A stretch of 64,000 nt of DNA. Source: Eledone cirrhosa (Eukaryota). The position numbers were made by a program, and so were the translations under genes. Below the pieces are notes generated by a model, which worked only from the letters and a program-made list of their open reading frames with translations, made no database searches and was not told the origin of the DNA. Positions 1-15,094 of this stretch are shown here, piece by piece (position 1 is the first letter of the stretch; every line of letters starts with the position of its first letter). The stretch covers positions 84,878,001 through 84,942,000 of the forward strand of contig OZ024746.1 of assembly GCA_964016885.1 (NCBI GenBank), given 5' to 3'.

Positions 1-217
1 GAGAGAGAGAGAGAATGACGGGATGGATAGGTGAATGGATTTATAAATAGATTGATAGATAACTTGATACACACATATACACACACAAACACACATATAT
101 TTATATATATGTATGCATGTATGCACATACATAATACATGCATATATATATATATATATATATATATACAAACACACTTTCATACATATATGAAAGTATG
201 CTGGAACTCCGTTTCTC

Positions 218-580
<363 letters not shown>

Positions 581-1274
581 TGTGTGTATGTATGAAAAAA
601 GAGCGAATCCCTAGAGCTTTTATATGAAGTACCGTTTACCTTTCACTCTTTCATATTTCTTTTTGAAGAATGGAATATATATATATATAGGTTCTTTAAT
701 TTGTCCTAAATCTCCGCTATATTTAATACTATATTTGTATTATTTCAATGTGAGAAATGTTATGAATCAGTTTACCCAAATACAAACTTTATGAGTTGTA
801 GTGTTATTTATTTATTTGTATTAATATTTTTACTATTTTTTTTTTCATATTTATTTATTTATCTAATGATTCCAGTACCTAACATCTATGTAGTGGAGAT
901 ATAGCACAATTGAAATTAATTAATATTTTCTTTTGATAAATTCGCCCACCCTACTTTATTATCAGAGCATCACAGTATTATTTTTATTGGTAACATATAT
1001 CTATTGCTGATATACAAATGGGAAATTTGTTGCTTGGTGTTTTTTTTCTTATAAATTATAATTTAATATAGTAACTATTTTTACTTTCAATATTAGTATT
1101 CATTTCATTATCTTAATTAAGTACCATGAAATTATAATTATTGGCCCTACGTAACATTCCATCCATGACCCCACAACTTACGTTGAAATTTAAACCTAGA
1201 GGAGCTCATCCCATTCCATGTCGGGACACAGCTGATTTCTTCTTCTTCTTCTTCTTCTTCTTCTTCTTCTTCTT

Positions 1275-1311
<37 letters not shown>

Positions 1312-1900
1312 TGGGAGAGAGGGAGGTAGAGGAGAGGGTGGGTGTAGAAGAGAGAGTTAGAAAGAGGGAAGAGGGGGATGTAGAGGAGAGAGGGGGGTGT
1401 AGAGGAGAGATGGGGAGGGGGAGATAGAGGAGAGATAGGGGGTGGAGATGGGGGTAGAGGAGAGAGAGGGAGAGAGGGGATGTAGAGAGAGAGAGAGAGA
1501 GAGAGAGTAAGAAAGAAAGAGGGGGAGAAGTGGAGGTAGAGGAGAGAGAGGGAGAGAGGGGATGTAGAGGAGAGAGAAAGAGAGAGAGTAAGAAAGAAAG
1601 AGGGGGAGAAGTGGAGGTAGAGGAGAGAGAGGGGAGAGAGGGGATGTAGAGGAGAGAGAGAGATAGAAAGAGAGTAACAAAGAAAGAATTGAGAAAGATA
1701 TATAAAGGAAGAATCTACTTAATTTTGAACCTGTATATTATTTATCGAACTTTAAAGGATGAAAGGCAAAGTTGACCTCGGCGGTATTTGATCTTAGCCC
1801 ACAAAGTGCCAGATCACATACTTCTTTTATGTAACTTTCCTTGGGATGAACCAAAACTACACCCCCAAATTACCCATCATATACAAGGTTATATTATAGT

Positions 1901-1948
<48 letters not shown>

Positions 1949-2273
1949 ATTTTCTGTTAAATTTAATCTCTGCTTTTATTTCGCTCCTCTTTTCGTTAAA
2001 TTCATTCTCTGCTTTCATTTCGCTCACATCTAATTTACATATATGCATCACTTTTACATATAATGCATTCAATGCGCAAAATGTGTTTTTAGATACATGC
2101 ATAATTCAATAAGGCAACTCAACCACTTAACGTCAATTTCTCTCTCTCTCTCTCTCTCTATCTATCTCTCTATTTCTCTCTATCTATCTATCTATCTATC
2201 TCTCTATCTCTTTTCTCTCGTTTTCAGTCTTTCCCGTCTCTCCCATTCCTCTGTCTCTCTGTATAAATATGTG

Positions 2274-2332
<59 letters not shown>

Positions 2333-2632
2333 ACACATAAATATATATATTTGTATATACACGCATATATGTATGTGTGCGTGCATGTGTGTACATGAAT
2401 ATCGAATGCATTCTCTCGCTAATAAACTCTCACATGTAAATTCCATATATCTCTCTAACTATCTCTCTAACTATCCCTCTAACTATTTATCTATCTATCT
2501 CTCTCTATCTCTCTAACTATCTCTCTAACTATCTCTCTAACTATCTCTCTATCTATCCTATCTATTAATCTATCGAATAAACTCTCACATGTAAATTCCA
2601 TGTCCATCTAACTATTTATCTCTCTTTCTTTC

Positions 2633-2755
<123 letters not shown>

Positions 2756-2767
2756 GTCTGTCTATAT

Positions 2768-3016
2768 CAGCCTGTAGGTTGAGGAAAAGGAGGAGGAGAG
2801 GAAAGGAGTACAAACTCTTCGTACTCCTGGAGATGAGGGTTGCACATTTTTTCGGGGGTATGTGTTACCCATATAAACTGTCTCCCCCTATTGGGGAAAA
2901 TCGACTAATTTTTTAAATTGCATTTGTGATAACATTTTACACGTTTTTATTGTATGTAAACTTCCCCCTTTGTATTTGTCCCCTTCTTTTGTGCCCCTGT
3001 GGCTAATAAAGAAACA

Positions 3017-3017
<1 letters not shown>
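2768..3017 (+). mobile_element. Probable LINE (L1/Tx1-like) 3' UTR remnant inserted in (TATC)n
   Basis: Unique sequence flanked on both sides by (TATC)n, ending gtgcccctgtggctAATAAAgaaaca directly before the microsatellite. Confidence 0.4.
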
Positions 3018-3081
<64 letters not shown>

Positions 3082-3190
3082 GACTCTGTTTACCATTCTC
3101 TCTGGTCTGTAGGTTTCTATTTGCATAGTAAATTGCTTCAGTTCTGTTTGATTCACCCCGTCCCTAAGACAGCCTCCTTTTCTACAACTA

Positions 3191-3221
<31 letters not shown>

Positions 3222-3451
3222 ACACACCGTCCCTCTCTCTCTCTCTCTCACTCTCTCTCTCTCTTGCACTCTTTTATTCTCATTCTCTTACTCACCCTCT
3301 CATCAATTGTCATCCCTATTCCTCTCCCTGTTTCCCTTTACCTCTTCCTACAACCCTCTCACATCCTCATTCTACTCTCCTCATACCACTCCTGTATATT
3401 TATTTCTGCTTCCTCAATCTGTTTCGGTCTATCTGTCTCTGTTTGCATGAA

Positions 3452-3945
3452 CGGGTGGATGGATGGCTGGTTGGCAGGGTGGATGGCTGGCTGGCAGGGT
3501 GGATGGATGGCTGGCAGGGTGGCTGGCTGGTTGGGTGGCTGGCTGGCTGACAGGGTGGCTGGCTGGCTGGCAGGGTGGCTGGCTGGCTGGCAGTTGGATG
3601 GCTGGCTGGCAGGGTGGATGGCTGGCTGGCAGGGTGGATGGTTGGCTGGCAGGGTGGATGGTTGGCTGGCAGGGTGGCTGGCTGGCTGGCAGTTCGATGG
3701 CTGGCTGGCAGGGTGGATGGCTGGCTGGCAGGGTGGATGGCTGGCTGAAAGGGTGGATGGTTGGCTGGCAGGGTGGATGGCTGGCTGAAAGGGTGGATGG
3801 TTGGCTGGCAGGGTGGATGGCTGGCTGAAAGGGTGGATGGTTGGCTGGCAGGATGGCTGGCTGGCTGGCAGGGTGGCTGGCTGGCTGGCAGTTGGATGGC
3901 TAGCTGGCAGGGTGGATGGCTGGCAGGGTGGATGGATTGGTGGAA
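3452..3945. repeat. Complex GGCT/GGAT tandem repeat (about 20-bp unit ggcagggtggatggctggct)
   Basis: Directly visible; explains the W/G/L/A-rich ORFs. Confidence 0.9.
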
Positions 3946-4093
3946 AGATGGGTATATAGAAGATTCATTGCCAGAAGACCAACTACAATAGTTGCTGCTG
4001 TTAATTTTTTGTTGTTACGTATTTGTTGTTGTTGTTGTTTTCCTTTGTTTTTGTTTGATAGTTTATGTCTCGTCCCTTTCTCCTACATGCACA

Positions 4094-4125
<32 letters not shown>

Positions 4126-4298
4126 TTCACACACACACATACATACATACATACATACATACATACATACATACATACATACATACACACATACACACAG
4201 ATACACACACACACACACATTCACACACACACACACACATACACACATACATACATACATACATACACACATACACATACACATACATACACACACAA

Positions 4299-4335
<37 letters not shown>

Positions 4336-4784
4336 CACACACACCCATACACACACAAATATATGTCTCTCCATTCACCTATTTCTCCACCTCTGTCGTT
4401 TTGGTTCTCTACGGTCTCTCTACTCTACCCCCCCTCTCTCTCTCTCTCTCTCAGTCTTTCTCTCCTCTCCCCCTCTCTCTCATCTCTCCCTCTCTCTCAG
4501 TCTTTCTCTCTCTCTGTTTATGTTCTTAGTACAGGTAGGATGTTCTTCATATCTTGGCTTTATTCTTACTTTTTCTTTTCCACTCTGTCACCCATTCTAC
4601 GCCCCCCCCCCACCATTATCCCCTCCACCATCATAGTCATCATCATCCCCATCATCATCATCATCATCAACGTAGTCATCATCATTATCACCATCCCCAC
4701 CCTCACCATCACGATCATCATCGGCATCGTCCTCATCACCACTACCTCCACCACCACAACCACCGCCACCAATACCACCGCCAC

Positions 4785-5720
4785 CTTCAACACCATCGCC
4801 ACCGCCACCACCATCACCACCATCAGCACGACGATCAACTCCAACACTACCACCAGACCATCACCACCACCACCACCACCACCACTACTACCACAGCCAC
4901 CACAAACATTACCACCATCAATACAAACCACCACCACCACCACCACCAACACCACCACCACCACCATCACCACCATCAGCACGACGATCAACTCCAACAC
5001 TACCACCAGACCATCACCACCACCACCACCACCACCACTACTACCACAGCCACCACAAACATTACCACCATCAATACAAACCACCACCACCACCACCACC
5101 AACACCACCACCACCGCCAACACCACCATCAGCACGACGATCAACTCCAACACTACCACCAGACCATCACCACCACCACCACCACCACTACTACCACAGC
5201 CACCACAAACATTACCACCATCAATACAAACCACCACCACCACCACCACCAACACCACCACCACCGCCAACACCACCATCAGCACGACGATCAACTCCAA
5301 CACTACCACCAGACCATCACCACCACCACTACTACCACAGCCACCACAAACATTACCACCATCAATACAAACCACCACCACCACCACCACCAACACCACC
5401 ACTACTACCACAGCCACCACAAACATTACCACCATCAATACAAACCACCATCACCACCACCACCACCACCACCACCATCACCACGGCCACCACAAACATT
5501 ACCACCATCAATACAAACGACCACCACCACCACCACCACCACCAACACCACCATCAGCACGACGATCAACTCCAACACTACCACCAGACCATCACCACCA
5601 CCACCACCACCACCACCACTACTACCACAGCCACCACAAACATTACCACCATCAATACAAACCACCACCACCAATACCACCAACACCACCATCACCACCA
5701 CCACCACTACCACGGCCACC
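4785..5720. repeat. CAC-rich higher-order tandem repeat (about 150-bp unit)
   Basis: The block accatcagcacgacgatcaactccaacactaccaccagacc recurs near 4819, 4972, 5125, 5275 and 5549. Confidence 0.85.
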
Positions 5721-6173
5721 ACAAACATCAGCATCATCAATACAACCCCCCCCCCCCCACCCACATTATCACCGTCAACGTAATCATCATCATCATCGTT
5801 TTCTTTCTCCGCTATCATATTTCTCACCAGCTCCATTTATTCTTCTTTTTACCACAATTCAATATTTCTGTTATGGCGGGATGTTACTTATACCTTTCTT
5901 TCTCTCTGCCTCTCTTTTCTTTTACTTTTTTCGTCTCACTCTCTATCACTGATTCTCTCAACATTTCTCTCACTTTCTTTCTTTCCTTTTTTCTTTCTAT
6001 CTATTTATCTTTATTTTTTCTTTCTTTCTCTCCTTCTTTTCCTTGCACTCTTTCTCTCATTCGTTCTCCCATTAACACATTTCTTTTTCTCTATATAGTG
6101 TCTTTCTATTTCTCTTCAATGTATTTCATTCTTATCATTTCCTTATTCAATCAATAAATATATCAATCAGTTA

Positions 6174-6270
<97 letters not shown>

Positions 6271-6282
6271 ACTACCTACCTA

Positions 6283-6342
<60 letters not shown>

Positions 6343-6347
<5 letters not shown>

Positions 6348-6430
6348 ATACTTGGGGAGGGTCATATTTGCGTAATATTGCCAGAATTAATAACAGAACA
6401 CACTCACTGTTTGGTTGGTTTTCGCTTCTC
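6343..6430 (-). mobile_element. 3' end of TA-inserted element related to 218-465
   Basis: Minus strand gaagcgaaaaccaacc...gtgagtgtgtt...atgaccctccccaagtataacaata aligns with 402-465. Confidence 0.45.
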
Positions 6431-6607
6431 GCTGTCTTTTATATCTGCGATCTAACTTAATCGGTCCTCAATGTTGCCATTGACTGACCGACGGTCAAAA
6501 ATAATACAGATACAATATAGACACAAACACATATATATAGTTTACATAATTTACATAAATCTTTCGTTGCACATCTGCAACATCCTCGCTAAACTAATTC
6601 ATCGCCG

Positions 6608-6656
<49 letters not shown>

Positions 6657-7399
6657 CTATCCATCTATATCTATTCCCCACCTCTTTCTATGTTCGAGGG
6701 TTCGTTCTTTCGTAATACGAAATCAGACTTAATTAACTTCATATACATATATGTGTGTGTATGCATATATATCTGTACATATATATATATGTATATACAT
6801 ATTCATATATATCTATATCCATGTGTGTGTGAGAGAGAGTATATATATATATATATATATACAATATGATTTGTATACAATATATATATACAATATGATA
6901 TATACAATATATATATACAATATGATATATATACAATATGATTTGTTTTTATTGATTTATTATCTTAAATCGAGACAGGCAAAATGTATTATTATTATTA
7001 GTATATTTCAATCTAGCTAACCTGGTCATTTACAATACAAACATGAATATGTTGGTATTTGTGTTTATCAAATATATTAATTTATATTAACTTGTATTAC
7101 ACGGCTCAGAAATACTTCTTTCTTTGAGCTATTTCATTGTAAAGGACTGCCTGAGCTTTGAACTCATTATTATTGATAGTATATATATATATATTTTTAC
7201 CTCTCTGGTCCTTTACACCACTTGCCCTAAATTCCTCTCTTTCTCCTTCCCATATTTCTCTCTTCCATCTCTCTCTCCTCTCTCTCCTCTCTCTCCTCTG
7301 TTTTATCTGATGAAAACACAAATATTATTGCTTGATGATGTTTGTTTTTGAAATGCGCATAATAAAATATATGGAACTCCTTTAACCATCTTTTGATCT

Positions 7400-7444
<45 letters not shown>

Positions 7445-8389
7445 CGCTTCTATTGTAGAAATTGAAAATATGTTTAAAGACAAAGCTTTGGAACTGCACA
7501 TGTCTATAGTCTTAACAGATAGATGGCGCTTATGATCGAATTCATACAGAAATATGATTTCTCCTTTAGTATAGGGATGAGCTCAGTAAAATTAGTCACT
7601 CGACCAAGGGCGACATAGAGCTATAATAACAACAATAAAAGTAATATGTTAGTAGTGCAATATCGTACATCGTACCCCACATCGCTTTCTTTTAGCTTTT
7701 TATTCAGCCCTTTGTAGCTTACTGCAATGTGTAACAATGCGTCACGGAAACCAGCCCCTTTCTACATGGGCTGACGAAGTGTATAGGAGCAGAAACATAG
7801 ATGTCCCCGAAGGTAACTGTAACTTGAATAATATACGTGTATATTATTTACATAGAAATAACTATAACCCATAGTTCATGGTGATAGAAACAATTAATTT
7901 CTAATTAGTTGTGGAACACTCTAATTTCGATTATAGATATTAAGATGTGATTTATAGAGGTTAATATCTGACAAGTTATCATATATATGTGTGTGTGCGT
8001 GTGTAAAGAGAAAGAGAAGGCGAAGGAAAGAGAGAGAGAGAGAGAGAGATAAAGAGATACGTAAACATCCAGAACTCCGACTTTCATATTATGTTTCTCT
8101 CTCTCTTTCTCACTCTAAAAATCTCACTGTCCACTCCGCCTTCTCATTCTATGTCTCACACACATAAACATACACACTCTCTCTCTCACAGACACTCTCC
8201 CTCTCTCTCTCACACACACACACACTTGCTCTCCTCTCTCTCTCTCTTTCTCTTTCTCTCTCTCTTCCATAGATCACAAAACATCAAACAATTGCTTTTT
8301 TACCTCTCTGGACCTTTACACCACTTGCCCTAAATTCCTCTCTTTCTCCTTCCCATATTTCTCTCTTCCATCTCTCTCTCCTCTCTCTC

Positions 8390-8435
<46 letters not shown>

Positions 8436-8451
8436 CAATCCTCTCTCTCTT

Positions 8452-8482
<31 letters not shown>

Positions 8483-8833
8483 TTCTCTCTTTCTTTCTTT
8501 CTCTCTCTTATCTTTTTCGGTCAATGGCATCATTCTGACATGAATCAAACACCGTTGCCACCATCTATACCACCATAAACATAACTCCCATCACCACCAC
8601 CACCACCACCACCACCACCACCACCACCACCACCACCATCATCATCATCTTCACCGTCATAAACAACACGACCTCCACCACCTCCACCACCACCACCACC
8701 ACCAACAACAACACTATAATCACATACACCACAGTCGCCACCGGCATCGCCATCACCATCACCAATTCCGCAATCAATTCCACCACCACCCCTAACACTT
8801 CCCACCACTACCACCACCATCATCGCCACTTCC

Positions 8834-8870
<37 letters not shown>

Positions 8871-9214
8871 TTAGCACTGCTATGCTGTGCTCAGTGAGTT
8901 CCATTAAGTCGACCCAAGGGAGATAAGGCGAGAGACCTCAATACACTTTGAAACTATATGCTTGTTGTGTTCGATACATTCAGCAAGGCCATCTCCACCA
9001 CCACCATTGCCACTAGCCTTGATTACCTACCTACCTATACACCACCCATTGCCAGCACAGATTGATTTCACCTTAAACAATGATATATTACTGACTAATC
9101 TCTTATTTGTTTTTGTTGTTTTTCGTGTTTTCTCCCGGCGCCATGATGCCGTCATGGTGTTAGTGTTGCAGTTATTGTTGTTGTCCTGGTAGTGGTAGTG
9201 GTGGTAGTGGTGGT

Positions 9215-9960
9215 GGTTGAGCTGGAGACAATGGTGGCAGTTGTTATTGTTTTTTGTTGTGGTTGTGTTGTATGATGGTGATGGTGATGGTGATGGTGAT
9301 GGTGATGGTGATGGTGATGGTGATGATGATGGTGATGGTGGTTGATCTGGTGACAATGGTGGCAGTTGTTATTGTTTTTTGTTGTGGTTGTGTTGTATGA
9401 TGGTGATGGTGATGGTGATGGTGATGATGATGGTGATGGTGATGGTGATGATGATGGTGATGGTGATGGTGGTTGATCTGGTGACAATGGTGGCAGTTGT
9501 TATTGTTTTTTGTTGTGGTTGTGTTGTATGATGGTGATGATGATGGTGATGGTGATGGTGATGGTGATGGTGATGGTGATGGTGGTTGATCTGGTGACAA
9601 TGGTGGCAGTTGTTATTGTTTTTTGTTGTGGTTGTGTTGTATGATGGTGATGGTGATGGTGATGGTGATGGTGATGGTGATGGTGATGATGATGGTGATG
9701 GTGGTTGAGCTGGAGACAATGGTGGCAGTTGTTATTGTTTTTTGTTGTGGTTGTGTTGTATGATGGTGATGATGATGGTGATGGTGATGATGATGGTGAT
9801 GGTGATGGTGATGGTGATGGTGATGATTATGATGATGGTGATGGTGATGATGATGGTGATGGTGATGATGATGGTGATGGTGGTTGATCTGGAGACAATG
9901 GTGGCAGTTATTATTGTTTTTTGCTGTGGTTGTGTTGTATGATGGTGATGGTGATGTTGA
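9215..9960. repeat. GAT/GGT-rich higher-order tandem repeat (about 120-bp unit)
   Basis: The block ctggtgacaatggtggcagttgttattgttttttgttgtggttgtgttgtatg recurs about 6 times, separated by (GATGGT)n. Confidence 0.85.
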
Positions 9961-10417
9961 TGTTGATGGTGATGGTGATGTTGATTGTAATGGTGGCGGT
10001 TGTCTATGTTATTGGGGTAATGGTAGAGGTAGTAGCTGTTATCGTTAATGATATTTTTGTGGTATTAGTAATGGCGTCTGTCTTTGTGGTTGTGGTTGTG
10101 GTAGTTGTAAAAGTTATTGTTTTTGTTGTGGCGATGGTGCTTATGATGCTCCATTATCTTGTTGTCACAAATATTGCAGTCTTTGACGATGGTTGTTGTG
10201 GTTATTGTAGTATTACTTGGCAGGCTGTTGTGCATGCTCTTGTTGTTGATGTTGTTTTTACTGCTGTTGTTATGGTTAATGTTACTGCTGCTGCTGATGA
10301 TGATAATGATGATGATGTTGATGGTGATGATGATGATGCTAGTGGTGATGGTAGTGATGATAATGCAGAAAAAGAAGAAGAAGAAGAAGAAGAAGAATAT
10401 AATGATGATGACGGTGG

Positions 10418-10464
<47 letters not shown>

Positions 10465-10535
10465 GTGGTTTCGCTGGCGGTGGTGGATCCTAAAACGAGT
10501 AATGATGCTATTACTGCTTTTGTTATTGTTGTTTA

Positions 10536-10728
10536 GTGGTGGATTGGCAGTCTCGGTAGAGGGTCGGACGCCATGCTTTGACGCACGGAGTTACGGCCCT
10601 TGCCATTCTGAGTTCAAATCCCGCCGAGGTTAACTTTGCCTTTCATCCTTACGGGGTCGATAAAATAAAGTACCAGTAATGCACTGGGTAATTGCTGGCC
10701 TTGTGCCAAAAACGTAGAAACAATTATT
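10536..10728 (+). mobile_element. tRNA-derived SINE, full length
   Basis: A-box TGGCAGTCTCGG, B-box GAGTTCAAATCC, body aactttgcctttcatccttacggggtcgataaaataaagtaccag, tail agaaacaattatt. Near-identical copies occur elsewhere in the window. Confidence 0.9.
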
Positions 10729-11424
10729 GATGTTAGTTCTTGTTCAGACTTATGTAAGATAAACCAGCTCCCAGCAGTAGCTATTCTTTGATGTTTGTCT
10801 TCAGATATGGTATATCTAGCATTATATAATTCTACGTCCTTTTATGAAGACGGTAAGGTGTGATTTGAGGAAGATTTGGGTGCTATATCTAGTAGATGGT
10901 TACTGTGGACAATAGCAAAACGTAGCTGTAATGCTAATGATGGTGATGTCGGTAGTGGTACTAGTGGTCGTACTGGTGGTGGTGATAAAGATTGTGGTGA
11001 TGGTGATACTGATAGCGGTGGTAGCGATGGTAGAAAAGAAAGGTTACTTGTGTATGTGTGTGGTGTATGTGTGCATGTGTGTGTGTGTATGTAAGTGTGA
11101 TGTGTGTGTAAGTGTGATGTGTGTGTGTGTAAGTGTAATGTGTGTGTAAGTGTGATTGTGTGTGTATGAGAGAGAATTTTTATTTGTGTTTTAATGTTGT
11201 TTATAGTTTTTATGATCAAGGTTTAGTTTATCACGTTTGTTACGACAACGATGATGATGGTGATAGTGATGGTGATGGTGATGATGATGATGATGACGAT
11301 TGTGATGATGATGATGATGATGATGATGAGGAGGAGGAGGAGGAGGAGGAGGAGGAGGAGGAGGAGGAGGAGGAGGAGGGGGAGGAGGAGGAGGATATTG
11401 ACGGTATCAGTGACATTAGTTATG

Positions 11425-11604
11425 ATAATTGTTTCTAATTTAGGCACAAAGCCAGCAATTACCCCCAGTACATTACTGGTACTTTATTTTATCGACCCCG
11501 TAAGGATGAAAGGCAAAGTCAACCTCGGCGGGAATTGATATCAGAATGGCAAGGGACGTAACTGTGCTGCAAAGCATGGAGTCCGACCCTCTACCTATAC
11601 TGCA
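11425..11604 (-). mobile_element. tRNA-derived SINE
   Basis: Reverse complement of the 10536 element. Confidence 0.88.
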
Positions 11605-11652
11605 AAATGGTGATGGTGATGATGAAAAGGATGATGATGATGATGATCGCGG

Positions 11653-11683
<31 letters not shown>

Positions 11684-12411
11684 CGCGGTGATGATGGTGA
11701 TGGTGATATTGACGGTGTCAGCGGCATTAGTGATGATATGATATGATATTGATGATGATGACGACGACGACGACGACGACGATGGTGGTGGTGGTGATGC
11801 TAATGACGATGATTTTGGCGACGACAATGACAATGATGACGACGATGACGATATTGTTAACGCTATTTCTGATTGTTAACAGTCGCTGTTATTGATGTTA
11901 TTCATGTCATTGTTATGGTTATTTAGCCTTAATAGTTAAGGTGGGTACCTGTCTTCTTTCTTTCTCTTTCTTCTTCTAAGTGCCTCTTAATTGCTTTATA
12001 TTTTAAATGGGCTTTCATTTTTGTTATAATTTTTATTATTTATAGAGGTATTGTTGCGAACTGATCTCTTCCCTCTTCCACTGTTGTTGCTATTGTTGTT
12101 TTTCTTGTTATTGTTGTTGATGGTGTTGTTGCCGTTGCTGTTGTTGCTGTTGTCGTCGTCGTTGTTAATGTCATTGATGCTATTGTTGTGGTTGTCGATA
12201 TATCGAAATTGATCCCATTGCTGTTAAGGTGTTAATGTGTTAATTCAGCTATTTTATTCATTTATGATCGTGTATGTATGCATACACAGACGCACACATA
12301 TATCTCTACGTACCCACACACCCGCACGCACGCGCACACACTCACACACACACACATATATATATATCATATTATGATCATATTATATATATATGTGTGA
12401 GTATATATATA

Positions 12412-12480
<69 letters not shown>

Positions 12481-12591
12481 CGCGTACATACAGACATACG
12501 CACGTATATATATTATTTTCTTATATATACTACTTTCTCTTGCAAGCCTCAGTTGTTTTTGATCTGGTTGTCGTTATTATTATTATTATTA

Positions 12592-12700
12592 TTATTTCGG
12601 CGGAATCGGTACGGGGTTGATGAAATAACGTACCACCGATGCATGCGGTCGATTTAATCGACTTTCCCCTCCCCACAAATTACTGGCCCTGTGCCTATAT
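12592..12700 (+). mobile_element. Older related SINE, 3' part
   Basis: ggggttgatgaaataacgtacca...gtcgatttaatcgact...aaattactggccctgtgccta resembles the SINE 3' half. Confidence 0.55.
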
Positions 12701-13294
12701 AAGAAACCATTATTAAAAAGGATATCATTCAAAATAAAATAAAATTGAATAAAAATCATAGAGAGGTTTATTATGAGATCAAGATTGATTTTTTTGTTTG
12801 TTAAAAATGTCCACAAGTTTGACGTTTGACGGAGTAACTGCAGTTGGAAGGAACCGTCAGAGCATTTCTAGCAGTAATACACAATTTGTAATCTGCCTTG
12901 AAAATGTTGCTTGCTAAAGCAAAAAATTTGATTTTATCCGAAGATTTGTAATGTGATAACATACCCAGTTGTTAACATTTATGACACCAGCAATGCTTTA
13001 GTCTAGCACAACAGTAAGGCGAAAAATAGCACTGAAGTAAACAACAGCGACAGACAACCAACAACAACAATAATAGGAACATAACCAACATAGGTGGAAA
13101 CAAGAAGAAGAAAAGTATTGCAATGGGAAAAGACATGATAAATATGATAAATTCTACAAGATGTATATAAATATTGAGAGCAAGGAAAAAACTGAAGACA
13201 GCGTCGAACATCCCTAATAAGTAACACCATCATCGTGTTGAAAACAAGGAGAAAACAGAAAACAACAAGTGTATCGCTAATAACTGTTTAATAT

Positions 13295-13490
13295 CGACAC
13301 AAGGGTAGTCATTTTGGGGGAAGAGTCGATTAATTTTAATACAGTACTTTACTGGTACTTTATTTTATTGAGTCTGGAAGGAAGAAAAACAAAACTGACA
13401 ATGGTGAGCTCAGAACGTAAAGGGTCGTAACTAAATGACACAAAGCATTTTGTCCGACACTCTAGCGTTCCCACCAATCCACCGCCTTCT
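13295..13490 (-). mobile_element. Older diverged SINE copy
   Basis: actggtactttattttattga...ctcagaacgtaaagg...aagcattttgtccgacactctagcgttcccaccaatccaccgcc is the reverse complement of the SINE head and body. Confidence 0.65.
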
Positions 13491-13576
13491 AGCATAATAG
13501 AATGTGCATGATGGATCTTCAAATCAATCCAGGTAATAACCCAGCTGTACCATATGTAGGCAAACTGAATATCGCT

Positions 13577-13631
<55 letters not shown>

Positions 13632-13685
13632 GAATCAACAAGCATTATAAAACAATAATCGTACCCCAAATAATGTAGCCAATCT

Positions 13686-15055
13686 GAGCTTCGCCACATG
13701 AGTTGGTCACTCTGTAAGAGCTTCGCCACATGAGTTGGTCACTCTGTAAGAGCTTCGCCACATGAGTTGGTCACTCTGTAAGAGCTTCGCCACATGAGTT
13801 GGTCACTCTGTAAGAGCTTCGCCACATGAGTTGATCACTCTGTAAGAGCTTCGCCACATGAGTTGATCACTCTGTAAGAGCTTCGCCACATGAGTTGATC
13901 ACTCTGTAAGAGCTTCGCCACATGAGTTGGTCACTCTGTAAGAGCTTCGCCACATGAGTTGGTCACTCTGTAAGAGCTTCGCCACATGAGTTGGTCACTC
14001 TGTAAGAGCTTCGCCACATGAGTTGATCACTCTGTAAGAGCTTCGCCACATGAGTTGATCACTCTGTAAGAGCTTCGCCACATGAGTTGATCACTCTGTA
14101 AGAGCTTCGCCACATGAGTTGATCACTCTGTAAGAGCTTCGCCACATGAGTTGGTCACTCTGTAAGAGCTTCGCCACATGAGTTGATCACTCTGTAAGAG
14201 CTTCGCCACATGAGTTGGTCACTCTGTAAGAGCTTCGCCACATGAGTTGATCACTCTGTAAGAGCTTCGCCACATGAGTTGATCACTCTGTAAGAGCTTC
14301 GCCACATGAGTTGGTCACCCTGTAAGAGCTTCGCCACATGTGTTGGTCACTCTGTAAGAGCTTCGCCACATGAGTTGATCACTCTGTAAGAGCTTCGCCA
14401 CATGAGTTGATCACTCTGTAAGAGCTTCGCCACATGAGTTGATCACTCTGTAAGAGCTTCGCCACATGAGTTGGTCACTCTGTAAGAGCTTCGCCACATG
14501 AGTTGATCACTCTGTAAGAGCTTCGCCACATGTGTTGGTCACTCTGTAAGAGCTTCGCCACATGAGTTGATCACTCTGTAAGAGCTTCGCCACATGAGTT
14601 GATCACTCTGTAAGAGCTTCGCCACATGAGTTGGTCACTCTGTAAGAGCTTCGCCACATGAGTTGGTCACTCTGTAAGAGCTTCGCCACATGAGTTGATC
14701 ACTCTGTAAGAGCTTCGCCACATGAGTTGGTCACTCTGTAAGAGCTTCGCCACATGAGTTGATCACTCTGTAAGAGCTTCGCCACATGAGTTGATCACTC
14801 TGTAAGAGCTTCGCCACATGAGTTGGTCACTCTGTAAGAGCTTCGCCACATGAGTTGGTCACTCTGTAAGAGCTTCGCCACATGAGTTGATCACTCTGTA
14901 AGAGCTTCGCCACATGAGTTGATCACTCTGTAAGAGCTTCGCCACATGAGTTGATCACTCTGTAAGAGCTTTGCCACATGAGTTGGTCACTCTGTAAGAG
15001 CTTCGCCACATGAGTTGATCACTCTGTAAGAGCTTCGCCACATGAGTTGATCACT
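13686..15055. repeat. 32-bp minisatellite (about 43 units, gagcttcgccacatgagttgRtcactctgtaa)
   Basis: Exact 32-bp period, no spacers; units differ mainly at one G/A position. Confidence 0.97.
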
Positions 15056-15094
15056 GAAATAGTCAGTCAATTTTCCATAAAGATACATTCGTTA

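Noticed and set aside
3916-5952. 678-aa mucin-like ORF
   Set aside because: Translation of CA/TACA/CT/CAC simple repeats that are open in several frames; no domain content.
10536-10625. tRNA gene
   Set aside because: A/B boxes belong to the SINE head; no convincing cloverleaf, and it is always fused to the SINE body.
13686-15055. CRISPR-like array of 32-bp repeats
   Set aside because: Units are head-to-tail with no unique spacers, there are no cas genes, and the context is eukaryotic. A hammerhead reading on the minus strand was also tried and lacks CTGANGA/GAAA.
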